The translations under genes were made by a program, and so were the position numbers. This document shows, piece by piece, positions 34,001-43,589 of a stretch of 64,000 nt of DNA. Positions within the stretch are counted from its first letter, which is position 1, and each line of letters starts with the position of its first letter. The DNA comes from Candidatus Omnitrophota bacterium. Its GTDB lineage: Bacteria; Omnitrophota; Gorgyraeia; B26-G9. The DNA lies in assembly GCA_043826565.1 (NCBI GenBank), contig JBDRPX010000004.1, forward strand, positions 103,604 through 167,603, read 5' to 3'. Below the pieces are notes generated by a model. The model ran no database searches, was not told the origin of the DNA, and was given only the letters and a program-made list of their open reading frames with translations.

Positions 34001-34732
34001 ATGGTAGTAGTAAGTATGATATTATTACAGGTTATTATCTTCGGCGGACTGATATTTCTTTTAAGGCATCTTCTTACCCGTAATGTTACGGATGCGACCT
34101 CACATATGCAGGGAATGATCAAAGGGTACTCGGAAAAAGAGGACCAGATAAAAATTAAACTTGAAGAGGCAGAGAAATATTATGCAGAAAAAATAAAAAA
34201 CGCGGATAAAGAAATTGAAAAATTGAAAGATGAATGCAAGAAGCAGATTGATGAAGAAAAAGTGCAGGTATTGGCCCAGGCGCATAAAGAGAGTGAGACG
34301 GTGATAAACAAGGCCAGGCTTACCTGCGAGGCAATAGAAAATGAATTGGAAAGTAAAATTAATCAGAGAGGAATAGAAAAAGCCGGAGAGCTTATTTGCC
34401 AGGTGCTTTCGCCGGAACTTTGCCAGATAATTCATACGACCTGGGTAGAATCATTAATTGAAAGCGGATTCGCCACAATGGAGTGGCTGAAGGTACCGGA
34501 AGCTGTAAACGTGGCCAAGGTTTCCACGGCATTTGCTTTAACTAAAACACAGAAAGAGACTTTACAGAAAAAACTTGATATCAAATTAGAGAGAGAAATT
34601 AAAATAGAAGAAAAGGTAAGTGAAAAGCTTGTTGCCGGGATGATTATTAATCTGGGCAGCTTGGTTTTAGACGGGAGTTTTGTTTCCAAGATCCGGGAGG
34701 TTGTGCGTGAGTCTACAGCAGATGAAAGTTAA
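34001..34732 (+). CDS. atpF: F-type ATPase b subunit fused to a delta/OSCP C-terminal domain
   Basis: N-terminal TM helix, long charged coiled coil, then AKVSTAFALT...LVAGMIINLGSLVLDGS (delta C-domain); GAGGTG RBS. Confidence 0.85.
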   Translation: MVVVSMILLQVIIFGGLIFLLRHLLTRNVTDATSHMQGMIKGYSEKEDQIKIKLEEAEKYYAEKIKNADKEIEKLKDECKKQIDEEKVQVLAQAHKESETVINKARLTCEAIENELESKINQRGIEKAGELICQVLSPELCQIIHTTWVESLIESGFATMEWLKVPEAVNVAKVSTAFALTKTQKETLQKKLDIKLEREIKIEEKVSEKLVAGMIINLGSLVLDGSFVSKIREVVRESTADES

Positions 34733-36188
34733 GCTAGCTCAAGAAATAAAATTTAATGTCCGGGAAATCGGCAAGGTTAAATCTGTTCGTGAATTTATTG
34801 TCCGGGCAATAGATATGCCCTCATGTATAAACGGACAGATTGTTGAGTTTGATAACGGATTGCCCGGAATGGTGATGGGGTTTACGGAAAATGAGGTTCA
34901 GATTTTAGTGCTGGGGCCTAAAGCTCAGATCCGGGCCGGTGATCGGGTGTATAGTAAAGGCCGGTTTCTTGCTCTTCCGGTAGGAGATGCTTTTGTCGGA
35001 AGAATCGTAAATGCTTTGTGTGAACCGGTCGATAATAAAGGACCGATAAATGCGCGGGAAAATTATCCGGTATTTAGAGAGGCCCCCGGAGTTATGGAAA
35101 GGCTTCCGGTAGAAAGGACATTAGAATCCGGAACACGTCTTATTGATACAATGATTCCTTTGGCCAAGGGACAGCGTCAGCTTTTAATCGGAGACCGGCA
35201 GACCGGCAAGACAACAATTGCGATAGACGCGATATTAAATCAAAAGGACAAAGATGTAATTTGTATCTATTGCTCGATCGGAAAAACATATTCCAGCCTG
35301 GAGAAATTAGTTGCTTTATTGCGTGAAAAAGGCGCTATGGATTACTCAATTGTTGTCAGCGGGATAGCCTCTGCTTCGGTGGGAGAACAGTATTTAGCGC
35401 CGTATACGGCTTGTATGCTTGGTGAGTATTTTATGTTTAACGGCAAAGATGTATTAGTTGTTTTTGATGACCTGACCAGGCATGCCTGGACTTACCGGCA
35501 GATATCCCTGCTTATGGATAGAGCTCCGGGAAGAGAAGCGTATCCCGGAGATATCTTTTATACGCATTCCCAGCTTATGGAAAGAGCCGGACAGATGAAT
35601 GAAGCTTTAAGCGGCGGTTCAATGTCTTTTTTTCCGATAGTGGAAACTTTACAAGGTGATGTTACCGGTTATATACCGACTAATCTCATATCTATGACTG
35701 ACGGGCAGATTTATTTAAGCACCGCTTTGGTAAACAAAGGATTTATGCCGGCGGTTGATGTCGGTCTTTCGGTTTCGCGTATTGGCAGTAAATCGCAATG
35801 GCCGGCTTTGAAGGAACCCAGCCGCAGCCTGCGGCTTGATTTTTTGCAATATCAAAAATTGCAGGAGATGACGCAGTTAAGAACCAGTGATCTTTCTGAA
35901 GATGCGGCGAGAAAATTAAAAAGAGGCGCGGCCATAACACAATTGCTGATCCAGGATAAGAATGATCCGGTGACCATGGAAAGAGAAGTTTGTGAAATGT
36001 ATGCGTTTGTCCGGGGAGTTCTGGATGACTTTACTCCTTTGGAAATAGATAAGTTTAAAGAAGAGTTTTATAAAAAAATTGTAGAAGTAGCTCCGGATCT
36101 GCCGAAACGTTTGCGCGAAACACAGGTGCTCATGGATGAGAGTATGATGAATTTGGAAGAGGGGATTGGTATTTACTTCCCCAGCTAG
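34722..36188 (+). CDS. atpA: F-type ATPase alpha-like subunit
   Basis: Walker A GDRQTGKT, VVFDDLT, PGREAYPGD, YIPTNLISMTDGQI, arginine finger SVSRIG; ATG 34722 overlaps the end of atpF. Confidence 0.93.
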   Translation: MKVKLAQEIKFNVREIGKVKSVREFIVRAIDMPSCINGQIVEFDNGLPGMVMGFTENEVQILVLGPKAQIRAGDRVYSKGRFLALPVGDAFVGRIVNALCEPVDNKGPINARENYPVFREAPGVMERLPVERTLESGTRLIDTMIPLAKGQRQLLIGDRQTGKTTIAIDAILNQKDKDVICIYCSIGKTYSSLEKLVALLREKGAMDYSIVVSGIASASVGEQYLAPYTACMLGEYFMFNGKDVLVVFDDLTRHAWTYRQISLLMDRAPGREAYPGDIFYTHSQLMERAGQMNEALSGGSMSFFPIVETLQGDVTGYIPTNLISMTDGQIYLSTALVNKGFMPAVDVGLSVSRIGSKSQWPALKEPSRSLRLDFLQYQKLQEMTQLRTSDLSEDAARKLKRGAAITQLLIQDKNDPVTMEREVCEMYAFVRGVLDDFTPLEIDKFKEEFYKKIVEVAPDLPKRLRETQVLMDESMMNLEEGIGIYFPS

Positions 36189-36211
36189 TATTATGAGTAA
36201 AAAGATTTTTT

Positions 36212-36341
36212 AAATTACAATATACAATTTTCAAATTAAAAATAAGTAGAATCTTTAGGATGTTTTATTACACTTTGTGGAATTATTTAAGTGATTTTGA
36301 TTTGTATATTGGAATTTGGTTGTAATTTGAGATTTGTAATT
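36212..36341. repeat. Degenerate inverted heptamer array (CAAATTN)/(NATTTGN)
   Basis: aaattacaatatacaattttcaaattaaa ... tttgatttgtatattggaatttggttgtaatttgagatttgtaattt. Confidence 0.65.
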
Positions 36342-36393
36342 TTTGTTTATTCTTCTTACTTGGGATGTACTGTTATTTAAGGGGCTAATTAGA

Positions 36394-37236
36394 ATGGGTG
36401 CGATAGCAAAGCTCAAAGATGATATGAATTTTTATCGGTCCTTAGGAGGACTTATCGAGCTTTTGAAAATGATCGCGATCACCCATTATCATAATTTGGA
36501 AAAAAAACTGGAAACTTATGAGGAATATCTTAAGGTGATCGCCGGGTTTTTCTCCTGGCTGGATATGCAAAAGACAAGCCATCCCTTTATGCGCAGCTCG
36601 GATAAACCTACCGGGATTGTGGCGATCACTTCTGACGGCGGGCTTTTAGGCGGTTATAATGCGCTGATTATGAACGAAGCTATGCGTCAGAGACAGGAAG
36701 AAGACGGTAAACTGATTATTGTCGGTAAACGCGGTAAGCTTTATGTTGAAAAACAGAAAATAGTGTATGCTGTTTTTCCCGGGATAACTAATGCTGGCCG
36801 TTTAGAGCAGGCATTAAAATTAAGGGATTATCTGGTAGAGCAGGCATTAAAAGGGAATTTGGGGAAAATAAAAATTGTTTTTTCTAACCCCATTTCTTTT
36901 ACTTTACAGCGTGTGGAAACGATACAGCTTTTACCTTTTGTGCAGAAAATTCGGAGACCGCCTAAATTAGAGGTCAAAGATGTTATTTTTGAGTCGGACT
37001 TTGCCGGATTGGCAGAATATTTGATACATTTATGGATGGGGCAGAGAGTTTTTGAAATCCTTGGCTTAAGTCAGTTGTCCGAGCAGGCCGCGCGGTTTAT
37101 GCATTTGGAGGTTTGTACCCAAAGGATAAAGGAAATGGATCAAAAGCTTAAATTTAAATATTTTCGGGCGCGGCATGAGATTGTTGACCAGAATATGCGG
37201 GAGCTTTTTTCCGCGAGGATTATGAATGCGCAATAA
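36394..37236 (+). CDS. atpG: F-type ATPase gamma-like subunit (divergent)
   Basis: IVAITSDGGLLGGYN, LIIVGKRG, SEQAARFMHLE; lies between alpha and beta. Confidence 0.88.
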   Translation: MGAIAKLKDDMNFYRSLGGLIELLKMIAITHYHNLEKKLETYEEYLKVIAGFFSWLDMQKTSHPFMRSSDKPTGIVAITSDGGLLGGYNALIMNEAMRQRQEEDGKLIIVGKRGKLYVEKQKIVYAVFPGITNAGRLEQALKLRDYLVEQALKGNLGKIKIVFSNPISFTLQRVETIQLLPFVQKIRRPPKLEVKDVIFESDFAGLAEYLIHLWMGQRVFEILGLSQLSEQAARFMHLEVCTQRIKEMDQKLKFKYFRARHEIVDQNMRELFSARIMNAQ

Positions 37237-38641
37237 AATAAAAAATAAAGATGATAAAAAAAACACGGTTGGAAAAGTGATCTCCGTGCAGGGGCCGGTT
37301 GTGGATATAAAGTTTCCCCAACAGGAAGATGTTCCGAATGTTTTTGATCTTATTATCACCTATACTGTTGACGGACAAAAGGTGAGTTTGGAAGTTGCCG
37401 AACATTTGATTGGAAATGTCGCCCGGTGTATTTCCCTTAATTCGACTTTGAACATTCAAAGACATGCCGACGCGTTTGTGCCCGGCGGCGGGATTGAGGT
37501 TCCGGTCGGCGATGAGATGTATTCCCGGCTTATTAATGTTGTCGGCGAGCCGATAGATAAAAAGGGGCCGATTAATTCCACGGAAACAAGGCCGATTCGC
37601 ACAGCGTCCGCAGGAACAAAGATCAGTAAAAACAGTGACGAGCGAGGAACAGAACTTTTAGAAACCGGGATTAAGATTATTGACCTTTTATTTCCTTTGG
37701 TAAAGGGAAGTAAAAACGGGATTCTCGGCGGTGCGGCTATGGGGAAAAGTGTTCTTACTCTGGAAATAATCCAGCATATTGTTAAACGTCATCAGGGTTC
37801 TTGTGTGTTTACCGGAGCCGGAGAGCGTATTCGTGAAGGTAATGAATTATATTTCGAATTGGAGAAGCATAATATTCTGCCGAAAATGAAAATGGTTTTT
37901 GGACAGATGAATGAACCTCCCGGAGCTCGTTATGCAGTAGCGATGACCGGGATAACCTTAGCCGAAAGTATTCAGCGTCAAAACAAAGATGTACTTTTAT
38001 TCATTGATAATGTATTTCGTTTTCTTCAGGCCGGGCAGGAAATATCTACGCTGCTGGGCCGGGTTCCGTCGGAAACCGGATATCAGCCGACATTGTTTTC
38101 CGAAGCTGCGGATTTTCATGAACGTATACGTTCACAACAGGAATACGGCGGGTCGATTACCTCGATTGAAGCCGTATATGTTCCGGCAGATGACTTAACT
38201 GATCCGGCGGTAGTTGCGATATTTAGTTTTCTGGATTCGCTTATTGTTCTTTCTCGTGAACGGGTACAGATGGGGCTGTATCCGGCAATAGATCCGCTTC
38301 TATCAGCGTGTAATAACCTGGATACCGATATTGTCGGGAAATATCATTATGGAATTGCTCAGGATGTATTGCGTGTTTTTCAGCGTTATGAAGAACTTAG
38401 AAAGATAGTATTAGTTGTCGGTATTGATGAGCTTTCTTCTGCGGACCGTTTGACCTATGAACGAGCGCTTAAACTTCAGAATTTTCTTACCCAGCCGTTT
38501 TCTGTCGCGGAATCTTATACCGGAAGAAGAGGGGTGTATGTTACGGTTGACCAGACACTGAGCGGGTGCAAAAGAATCATGTCCGGAGATTTTGATAAAC
38601 AGAATGAAGGGGATTTTTATATGATGGGAGCATTGGCCTGA
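37226..38641 (+). CDS. atpD: F-type ATPase beta-like subunit (divergent P-loop)
   Basis: LETGIKIIDLL, P-loop GGAAMGKS, GERIREG, FGQMNEPPGAR, DNVFRF, GYQPTL, YVPADDLTDP, DELSSAD. Confidence 0.93.
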   Translation: MRNKIKNKDDKKNTVGKVISVQGPVVDIKFPQQEDVPNVFDLIITYTVDGQKVSLEVAEHLIGNVARCISLNSTLNIQRHADAFVPGGGIEVPVGDEMYSRLINVVGEPIDKKGPINSTETRPIRTASAGTKISKNSDERGTELLETGIKIIDLLFPLVKGSKNGILGGAAMGKSVLTLEIIQHIVKRHQGSCVFTGAGERIREGNELYFELEKHNILPKMKMVFGQMNEPPGARYAVAMTGITLAESIQRQNKDVLLFIDNVFRFLQAGQEISTLLGRVPSETGYQPTLFSEAADFHERIRSQQEYGGSITSIEAVYVPADDLTDPAVVAIFSFLDSLIVLSRERVQMGLYPAIDPLLSACNNLDTDIVGKYHYGIAQDVLRVFQRYEELRKIVLVVGIDELSSADRLTYERALKLQNFLTQPFSVAESYTGRRGVYVTVDQTLSGCKRIMSGDFDKQNEGDFYMMGALA

Positions 38642-38648
38642 TCTCAGA

Positions 38649-38677
38649 TTGACAAAATTATTTATCAATGCAATAAT
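38649..38677 (+). promoter_or_regulatory. sigma70-type promoter for the T2SS-like cluster
   Basis: TTGACA-17 bp-(TGc)AATAAT. Confidence 0.6.
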
Positions 38678-38749
38678 AAAAACAAAGTTAAAAATAGTTT
38701 AGTTAACATAATGACGCATAAATTTCTCGAATTTTACAGGTAGAATATT

Positions 38750-40933
38750 ATGGGTAAAAATACTGATGCAATGGTTGTTCAATTGTTAATTGAGCATGAA
38801 ATTCTGGATAAGAAAGAGATTCAGGCTTGTTTTAAGGAAGCTGAAAAAAAGAATAGTTCACCGATACATATTATCGCCGCCCGCAGTAAAACCCCGGAAA
38901 AAAAGCTTTTAGAAATTATTGCTAAAAAACTTCAAATAGAATGTATAAATTTGAAAACCATAGAAATAGATGCCAATGCGCTTAAAAAGGTTCCGGTCAA
39001 AGTTTCCTCCTATTATAAATTTGTTCCGATTCGTTTAGAAAATCGTGTATTGACCATTGCCGTAGCTTACCCGCTGGAGGTAAGGATGCTGGATGAAATC
39101 AGAACGCATCTGGGATTTAATATTGAAATGGTATTGGTTCGGGAAGAAGACGTTCTGGAAATGCTCAAAAATTACTATGGGTTAGGCGCGGAAACAGTTG
39201 AAAAGATTATTGCCCAAAAGACGTATGATTCTCCGACGGAGAAAGTAAAGGAAGATGTTGTCGATGACCTGGAAGCTCTTAGCGGTGCCGCGTCGGTAAT
39301 TCAGCTGGTAAATCAGATTATTTTAGAGTCCTATAAAAAAAGAGCGACAGATATTCACATTGAACCGTACCGGAATAAAGTGCGGTTAAGATACCGTATT
39401 GACGGCGTGCTTTATGAATCTAAGGTTTCTCCGGAAGTTAAGAATTTTCTTACTCCCATACTTTCCCGAATTAAATTGATGTCTAATTTAAATATTGTCG
39501 AGCGGCGTTTGCCGCAGGACGGACGGGCAGTAGTAAAAGTCCAGGATCAGACTCTTGACTTGAGAGTATCGTTTATCCCGACACCTTATGGGGAAAGCGT
39601 GGTCATTAGAATATTACCGGCGGCAATGCTTTTTGGATTGGAGAGGCTGGGGCTTACGGAGTCTGAACATGAGTGTTTAAACGAATTAATTCAAAAGCCG
39701 AATGGTATTGTTTTTCTGACCGGGCCGACCGGAAGCGGAAAGACGACTACATTATATGCTTGTCTTTCATGTATTAATACCGATAAACGTAAAATAATCA
39801 CCATTGAAGATCCCATAGAGTATGAACTTGAAGGCATAACTCAAATACAGATAGCTCAGGCGGTCGGGCTTGATTTTGCGCGGGGATTGCGCAGTATGCT
39901 GCGCCATGATCCCGATGTCATGATGGTTGGGGAGGTTCGGGATCTAGAAACTGCGGAAATTGCGATCAGGGTTGCGCTTACCGGACATTTAGTATTTTCC
40001 ACATTACATACTAATGATGCGGCCAGCGGTATTACCAGACTTGTGGATATCGGTGTTGAGCCGTATCTTGTAGCTTCCAGTGTCGAGGCTTTTATCGCGC
40101 AGCGTTTAGTAAGAATGATTTGTCCTGCTTGCCGGGAGGAAGATTTAGAGATTGCCGATAGTATAAGGAGACAGATCTCCCAGGATTTGGGATATGATAA
40201 TTCTCAAGAAATTAAAGTTTTTCGCGGTAAGGGTTGTCAGGAATGTAATTTTAGCGGGTATTACGGCCGAACCGCTATTTATGAAATACTAATGCTTAAT
40301 GAGGCGCTAAGGGAATTGGTTTTGCATAAATCTTCCAGTGATGAGATCAAGAGGATGGCGATGGCTAATGGAATGAGGACATTGCGCCAGAGCGGCTGGT
40401 TAAAGGTGCTTGAAGGAGTAACCACTCCGGAGGAAATATTGCGGGTTACTCAAGCAGATAAATCTGTTTCTAAAAAAATATCAGAAAAGAAAACTTCCGC
40501 CAGTGAGATTATGGAAATTGCTAAAGAGACATTACAAAAACATATTGCTCCCAAAAAAAAGGAATTTAATCCCGCGGATAGACGTGTGTATGAGCGCCTG
40601 GATAACAGAGTGTATGTGCGCTATACAATATTTAAAGCCGAAAAGAAAAAAAATGTCGAAGGTGAGTATGAAGCAGTACAAGTGGCAGTAACAAGTAATA
40701 TCAGTGCTGGAGGATTACTATTTAACGCGGTGGAAAATCTAGCGATAGGGCTGATAATTGACCTTACGCTGGAATTGCCTGATGAGGGTCCGGTGCAATG
40801 TCTGTCCCGGGTGGTTCGGGTTGAGGAAAGAGTGCCTAATAAAGATTATGAGATCGCGATATGTTTTCTTGATCTGCCCAGCTCGGAACGGGCACGTCTT
40901 AATAGGTTTGTTTTACGCGACATAAAAAAATGA
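38750..40933 (+). CDS. gspE: GspE/PilB-family secretion ATPase with C-terminal PilZ domain
   Basis: ATDIHIEP, RLPQDGR, GPTGSGKTT, LRHDPDVMMVGEVRD, TGHLVFSTLHTN, CxxC pairs; C-terminal DRRVYER...NISAGG PilZ motifs. Confidence 0.92.
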   Translation: MGKNTDAMVVQLLIEHEILDKKEIQACFKEAEKKNSSPIHIIAARSKTPEKKLLEIIAKKLQIECINLKTIEIDANALKKVPVKVSSYYKFVPIRLENRVLTIAVAYPLEVRMLDEIRTHLGFNIEMVLVREEDVLEMLKNYYGLGAETVEKIIAQKTYDSPTEKVKEDVVDDLEALSGAASVIQLVNQIILESYKKRATDIHIEPYRNKVRLRYRIDGVLYESKVSPEVKNFLTPILSRIKLMSNLNIVERRLPQDGRAVVKVQDQTLDLRVSFIPTPYGESVVIRILPAAMLFGLERLGLTESEHECLNELIQKPNGIVFLTGPTGSGKTTTLYACLSCINTDKRKIITIEDPIEYELEGITQIQIAQAVGLDFARGLRSMLRHDPDVMMVGEVRDLETAEIAIRVALTGHLVFSTLHTNDAASGITRLVDIGVEPYLVASSVEAFIAQRLVRMICPACREEDLEIADSIRRQISQDLGYDNSQEIKVFRGKGCQECNFSGYYGRTAIYEILMLNEALRELVLHKSSSDEIKRMAMANGMRTLRQSGWLKVLEGVTTPEEILRVTQADKSVSKKISEKKTSASEIMEIAKETLQKHIAPKKKEFNPADRRVYERLDNRVYVRYTIFKAEKKKNVEGEYEAVQVAVTSNISAGGLLFNAVENLAIGLIIDLTLELPDEGPVQCLSRVVRVEERVPNKDYEIAICFLDLPSSERARLNRFVLRDIKK

Positions 40934-40956
40934 TTTTTAATCAGTAAGAAAGAATT

Positions 40957-42180
40957 ATGGGTGTATTTAAATATCGAGCTAAAAGAGGACCTAAAGATAT
41001 TGTGGAATCGGTAATTAGCGCTGATTCCAAAGAGGAAGCTATTGAAAAAATCAGCCAGATGGGATATTTGCCCATAAAAGTAGAACCTTCAGATGCTTCG
41101 GCTGCTGGGGAGACTGCAAGAAGCCGGTTTTCTTTTAAAGGAATCTCTTCAAAGCGCTTGACCATACTGACACGGCAATTGTCTATTTTACTTAAGTCCG
41201 GAGTACCGATATTAAACGGATTGATGATCCTTGCCGACCAGGCGGAAAATGCTTATATGAAGTCAGTGTTTACGGAAATTTATGATGAAATAAAAAAAGG
41301 AAAAACATTATCCGGGGCCTTGGATTGTTATCCGCGCTTATTCTCTCCTTTATATGTAGCGCTTGTCCGTGCCGGAGAAGACAGCGGAACATTGGAAGAG
41401 GCCTTGTTAAGGATTGCCAGTTACCGGTATAAGCAGGAACAGATCATTTCTTCGGTAAAAACAGCACTTACTTATCCTATCCTCATGGCGATTGTCGGTG
41501 CGGGTACGGTTATATTTATGCTTACATTTGTCATGCCTAAGCTTCTGACTATTTTTACGCGGTTAGGACAGAATTTGCCTTTACCGACAAAAGTACTTAT
41601 ATCTATAAGTACTTTTTTAAGACAGGGTTGGTTTTGGGTATTGTTTTTTCTTTTGTGTGTGGGGATCGTACTTTTTTTTAAATACGGAATGCGCTCAAAG
41701 AGAGAAAAAATTATTTTAAGCGCGGTGAAACTGCGCCTGCCTATTTTTGGAAAAATTTTTTTAAAAACGGAATTAGCCCGCTTTAGCCGAACTCTGGAGA
41801 TTTTATTAAAAAGCGGGATTCAGCTGCTGCCGTCAATAAGGATCAGTATCCCTACTTTAGATAACGAGGTTATCCGGGAAGAATTAAGGAAAGGTTATAA
41901 AGATATTGAGCGGGGAGAATCAGTGGGCGCGACAATGAAGCGTTCTAAAGTATTCCCTCAGTTTATGGGTAATTTAATCAGTGTCGGCGAACAATCCGGC
42001 AGGTTAGAAGAAGTATTGCAGGAATTAGCCGATAGTTATGAAAACGAGACCGATGAAGCCGTAAAGATAATGACTAATCTTTTAGAGCCGATGATGATCC
42101 TGCTGATGGGAATAGTTATCGGGGGAATAATCATCTCTATGCTTCTGCCGGTATTTCAGATCAATATGATGATTCAGTAG
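40957..42180 (+). CDS. gspF: GspF/PilC inner-membrane platform protein
   Basis: TRQLSILLKSGVPI, AGEDSGTLEEAL, ALTYP, GEQSGRLEEVL, LLEPMMIL. Confidence 0.92.
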   Translation: MGVFKYRAKRGPKDIVESVISADSKEEAIEKISQMGYLPIKVEPSDASAAGETARSRFSFKGISSKRLTILTRQLSILLKSGVPILNGLMILADQAENAYMKSVFTEIYDEIKKGKTLSGALDCYPRLFSPLYVALVRAGEDSGTLEEALLRIASYRYKQEQIISSVKTALTYPILMAIVGAGTVIFMLTFVMPKLLTIFTRLGQNLPLPTKVLISISTFLRQGWFWVLFFLLCVGIVLFFKYGMRSKREKIILSAVKLRLPIFGKIFLKTELARFSRTLEILLKSGIQLLPSIRISIPTLDNEVIREELRKGYKDIERGESVGATMKRSKVFPQFMGNLISVGEQSGRLEEVLQELADSYENETDEAVKIMTNLLEPMMILLMGIVIGGIIISMLLPVFQINMMIQ

Positions 42181-42182
42181 CG

Positions 42183-42215
42183 AAGTTACAGGTTACAAGT
42201 GACAGGTGACAAGTT
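42183..42215. repeat. Heptamer tandem array (CARGTKA)n
   Basis: aagtta caggtta caagtga caggtga caagttg. Confidence 0.7.
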
Positions 42216-42244
42216 GTAATAAATAAATCAAGAAAAAATCAATA

Positions 42245-43099
42245 ATGCGAATTAAATTGTTCGAATATATTTCTTTTGGAGTGATACTATTTTTATTCAC
42301 ATGTTCTTTGGCAGGAGCGGAAGAATGGGCGGAGGTAAAAGGGGATCATTTTATTGTCTATTTCCAAGGTCCGAATAAAAATTTTGCCAGCCAGGCTGCC
42401 CGAAAAGCTGAGGAATACTACCTGTCTATAGCGCAAGACCTGGGATATGTACGGTATTCCGGTTTTTGGAAATGGGAGAACAGAGTAAGAATTTTTATTT
42501 ATCCGGACCGCGATAAATATTTGGAATCTACCGGCCGGCCGCAGTGGTCCCGCGGTATGGCTGATTATACGAAAAAGCAGATAGTAAGTTATATGTGGAG
42601 CGAGAATTTTTTGGAAGTTCTTTTAGCTCACGAGATCGGTCATTTGATTTTTCGTGACTTTGTCGGTTTTAAAGGAGAAGTTCCTCTTTGGCTTGATGAA
42701 GGCGTCGCGCAATGGGAAGAAAAACAATTTCGGATTCCCCGAAAAATGGCCATGAAAAATATGCTTGAAGAAAACAAAATGTTTTCTTTTTTGGATATGA
42801 TGAAACTTGAAATCAAAAATATCGATGAAGAAGATCCGATATTTATTACCTCATCATTTAACGGGAAGAATGAAGTTAAAATTGTCGAGGGTAAAACACT
42901 TATTGAGATGTACTATTTGCAGTCATTCTCATTAGTGGGATTTCTGATGGAAGAATATCGCGGAGAAAAATTCATCGCTTTTTGCCGGCAGTTAAGAGAC
43001 GGAAAATCTGTGCAGGAGGCTTTGGGGCATACTTACCCTACCGATTTGAGGACATTTGAAGATTTAGAAGAAAAGTGGAGAAAATACATACTAAAATAA
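42245..43099 (+). CDS. Secreted zinc metallopeptidase (peptidase MA/gluzincin-like)
   Basis: Signal peptide (..SLAGA|EE), HEIGH motif and downstream PLWLDEGVAQW. Confidence 0.8.
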   Translation: MRIKLFEYISFGVILFLFTCSLAGAEEWAEVKGDHFIVYFQGPNKNFASQAARKAEEYYLSIAQDLGYVRYSGFWKWENRVRIFIYPDRDKYLESTGRPQWSRGMADYTKKQIVSYMWSENFLEVLLAHEIGHLIFRDFVGFKGEVPLWLDEGVAQWEEKQFRIPRKMAMKNMLEENKMFSFLDMMKLEIKNIDEEDPIFITSSFNGKNEVKIVEGKTLIEMYYLQSFSLVGFLMEEYRGEKFIAFCRQLRDGKSVQEALGHTYPTDLRTFEDLEEKWRKYILK

Positions 43100-43149
43100 A
43101 TCAAAAATCAAAAGTCAAAAGGCAAAATTACAATGCAAAATTCAAAAAT
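43098..43149. repeat. Heptamer tandem array (TCAAAAN)n, single arm
   Basis: aaatcaaaaatcaaaagtcaaaaggcaaaattacaatgcaaaattcaaaaat; reverse-complement type of 1400-1452. Confidence 0.75.
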
Positions 43150-43184
43150 AAAAAGATAAATGATAAAAAGACTGGAGGAAAGTC

Positions 43185-43589
43185 ATGAAGAGAAATAAGG
43201 GATTTACATTAATTGAGTTGATGCTGGTGGTAATAATAATCAGTGCGCTTGCGGCCATGGTTCTGCCGCGCTTAGCGGGCCGTTCAGAACAGGCTCGGAT
43301 AGCGGCGGCCAGTGCCGATGTGCGGGCTAATATCGCTACCGGGTTAAAACTCTTTGAATTGGATAATGGGGGATTTCCGACGACTTCCGAAGGCTTGCAG
43401 GCGCTTTTGACCAAACCTTCATCGGGAATAAACTGGAGCGGGCCTTATCTGGAAAAAGAGCCGGTTGATCCCTGGGGCAGGCTTTATGAGTATAAATCTC
43501 CGGGAGAACACAGACCCCAGGATTATGATTTATATTCTTTGGGAAAAGACGGCGTTGAAAGCGCGGATGATGTTAATAATTGGGAGTAA
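43185..43589 (+). CDS. gspG: Type II secretion major pseudopilin GspG
   Basis: KG|FTLIELMLVVIII prepilin motif; FPTTSEGLQAL...WSGPYLEKEPVDPWGRLYEY...DLYSLGKDG. Confidence 0.93.
   Translation: MKRNKGFTLIELMLVVIIISALAAMVLPRLAGRSEQARIAAASADVRANIATGLKLFELDNGGFPTTSEGLQALLTKPSSGINWSGPYLEKEPVDPWGRLYEYKSPGEHRPQDYDLYSLGKDGVESADDVNNWE

Noticed and set aside
33199-38641. Ordinary housekeeping ATP synthase operon or a decaying pseudo-operon
   Set aside because: Gene order, the missing a subunit and the motif changes are non-canonical, yet all six ORFs are intact with catalytic residues retained.
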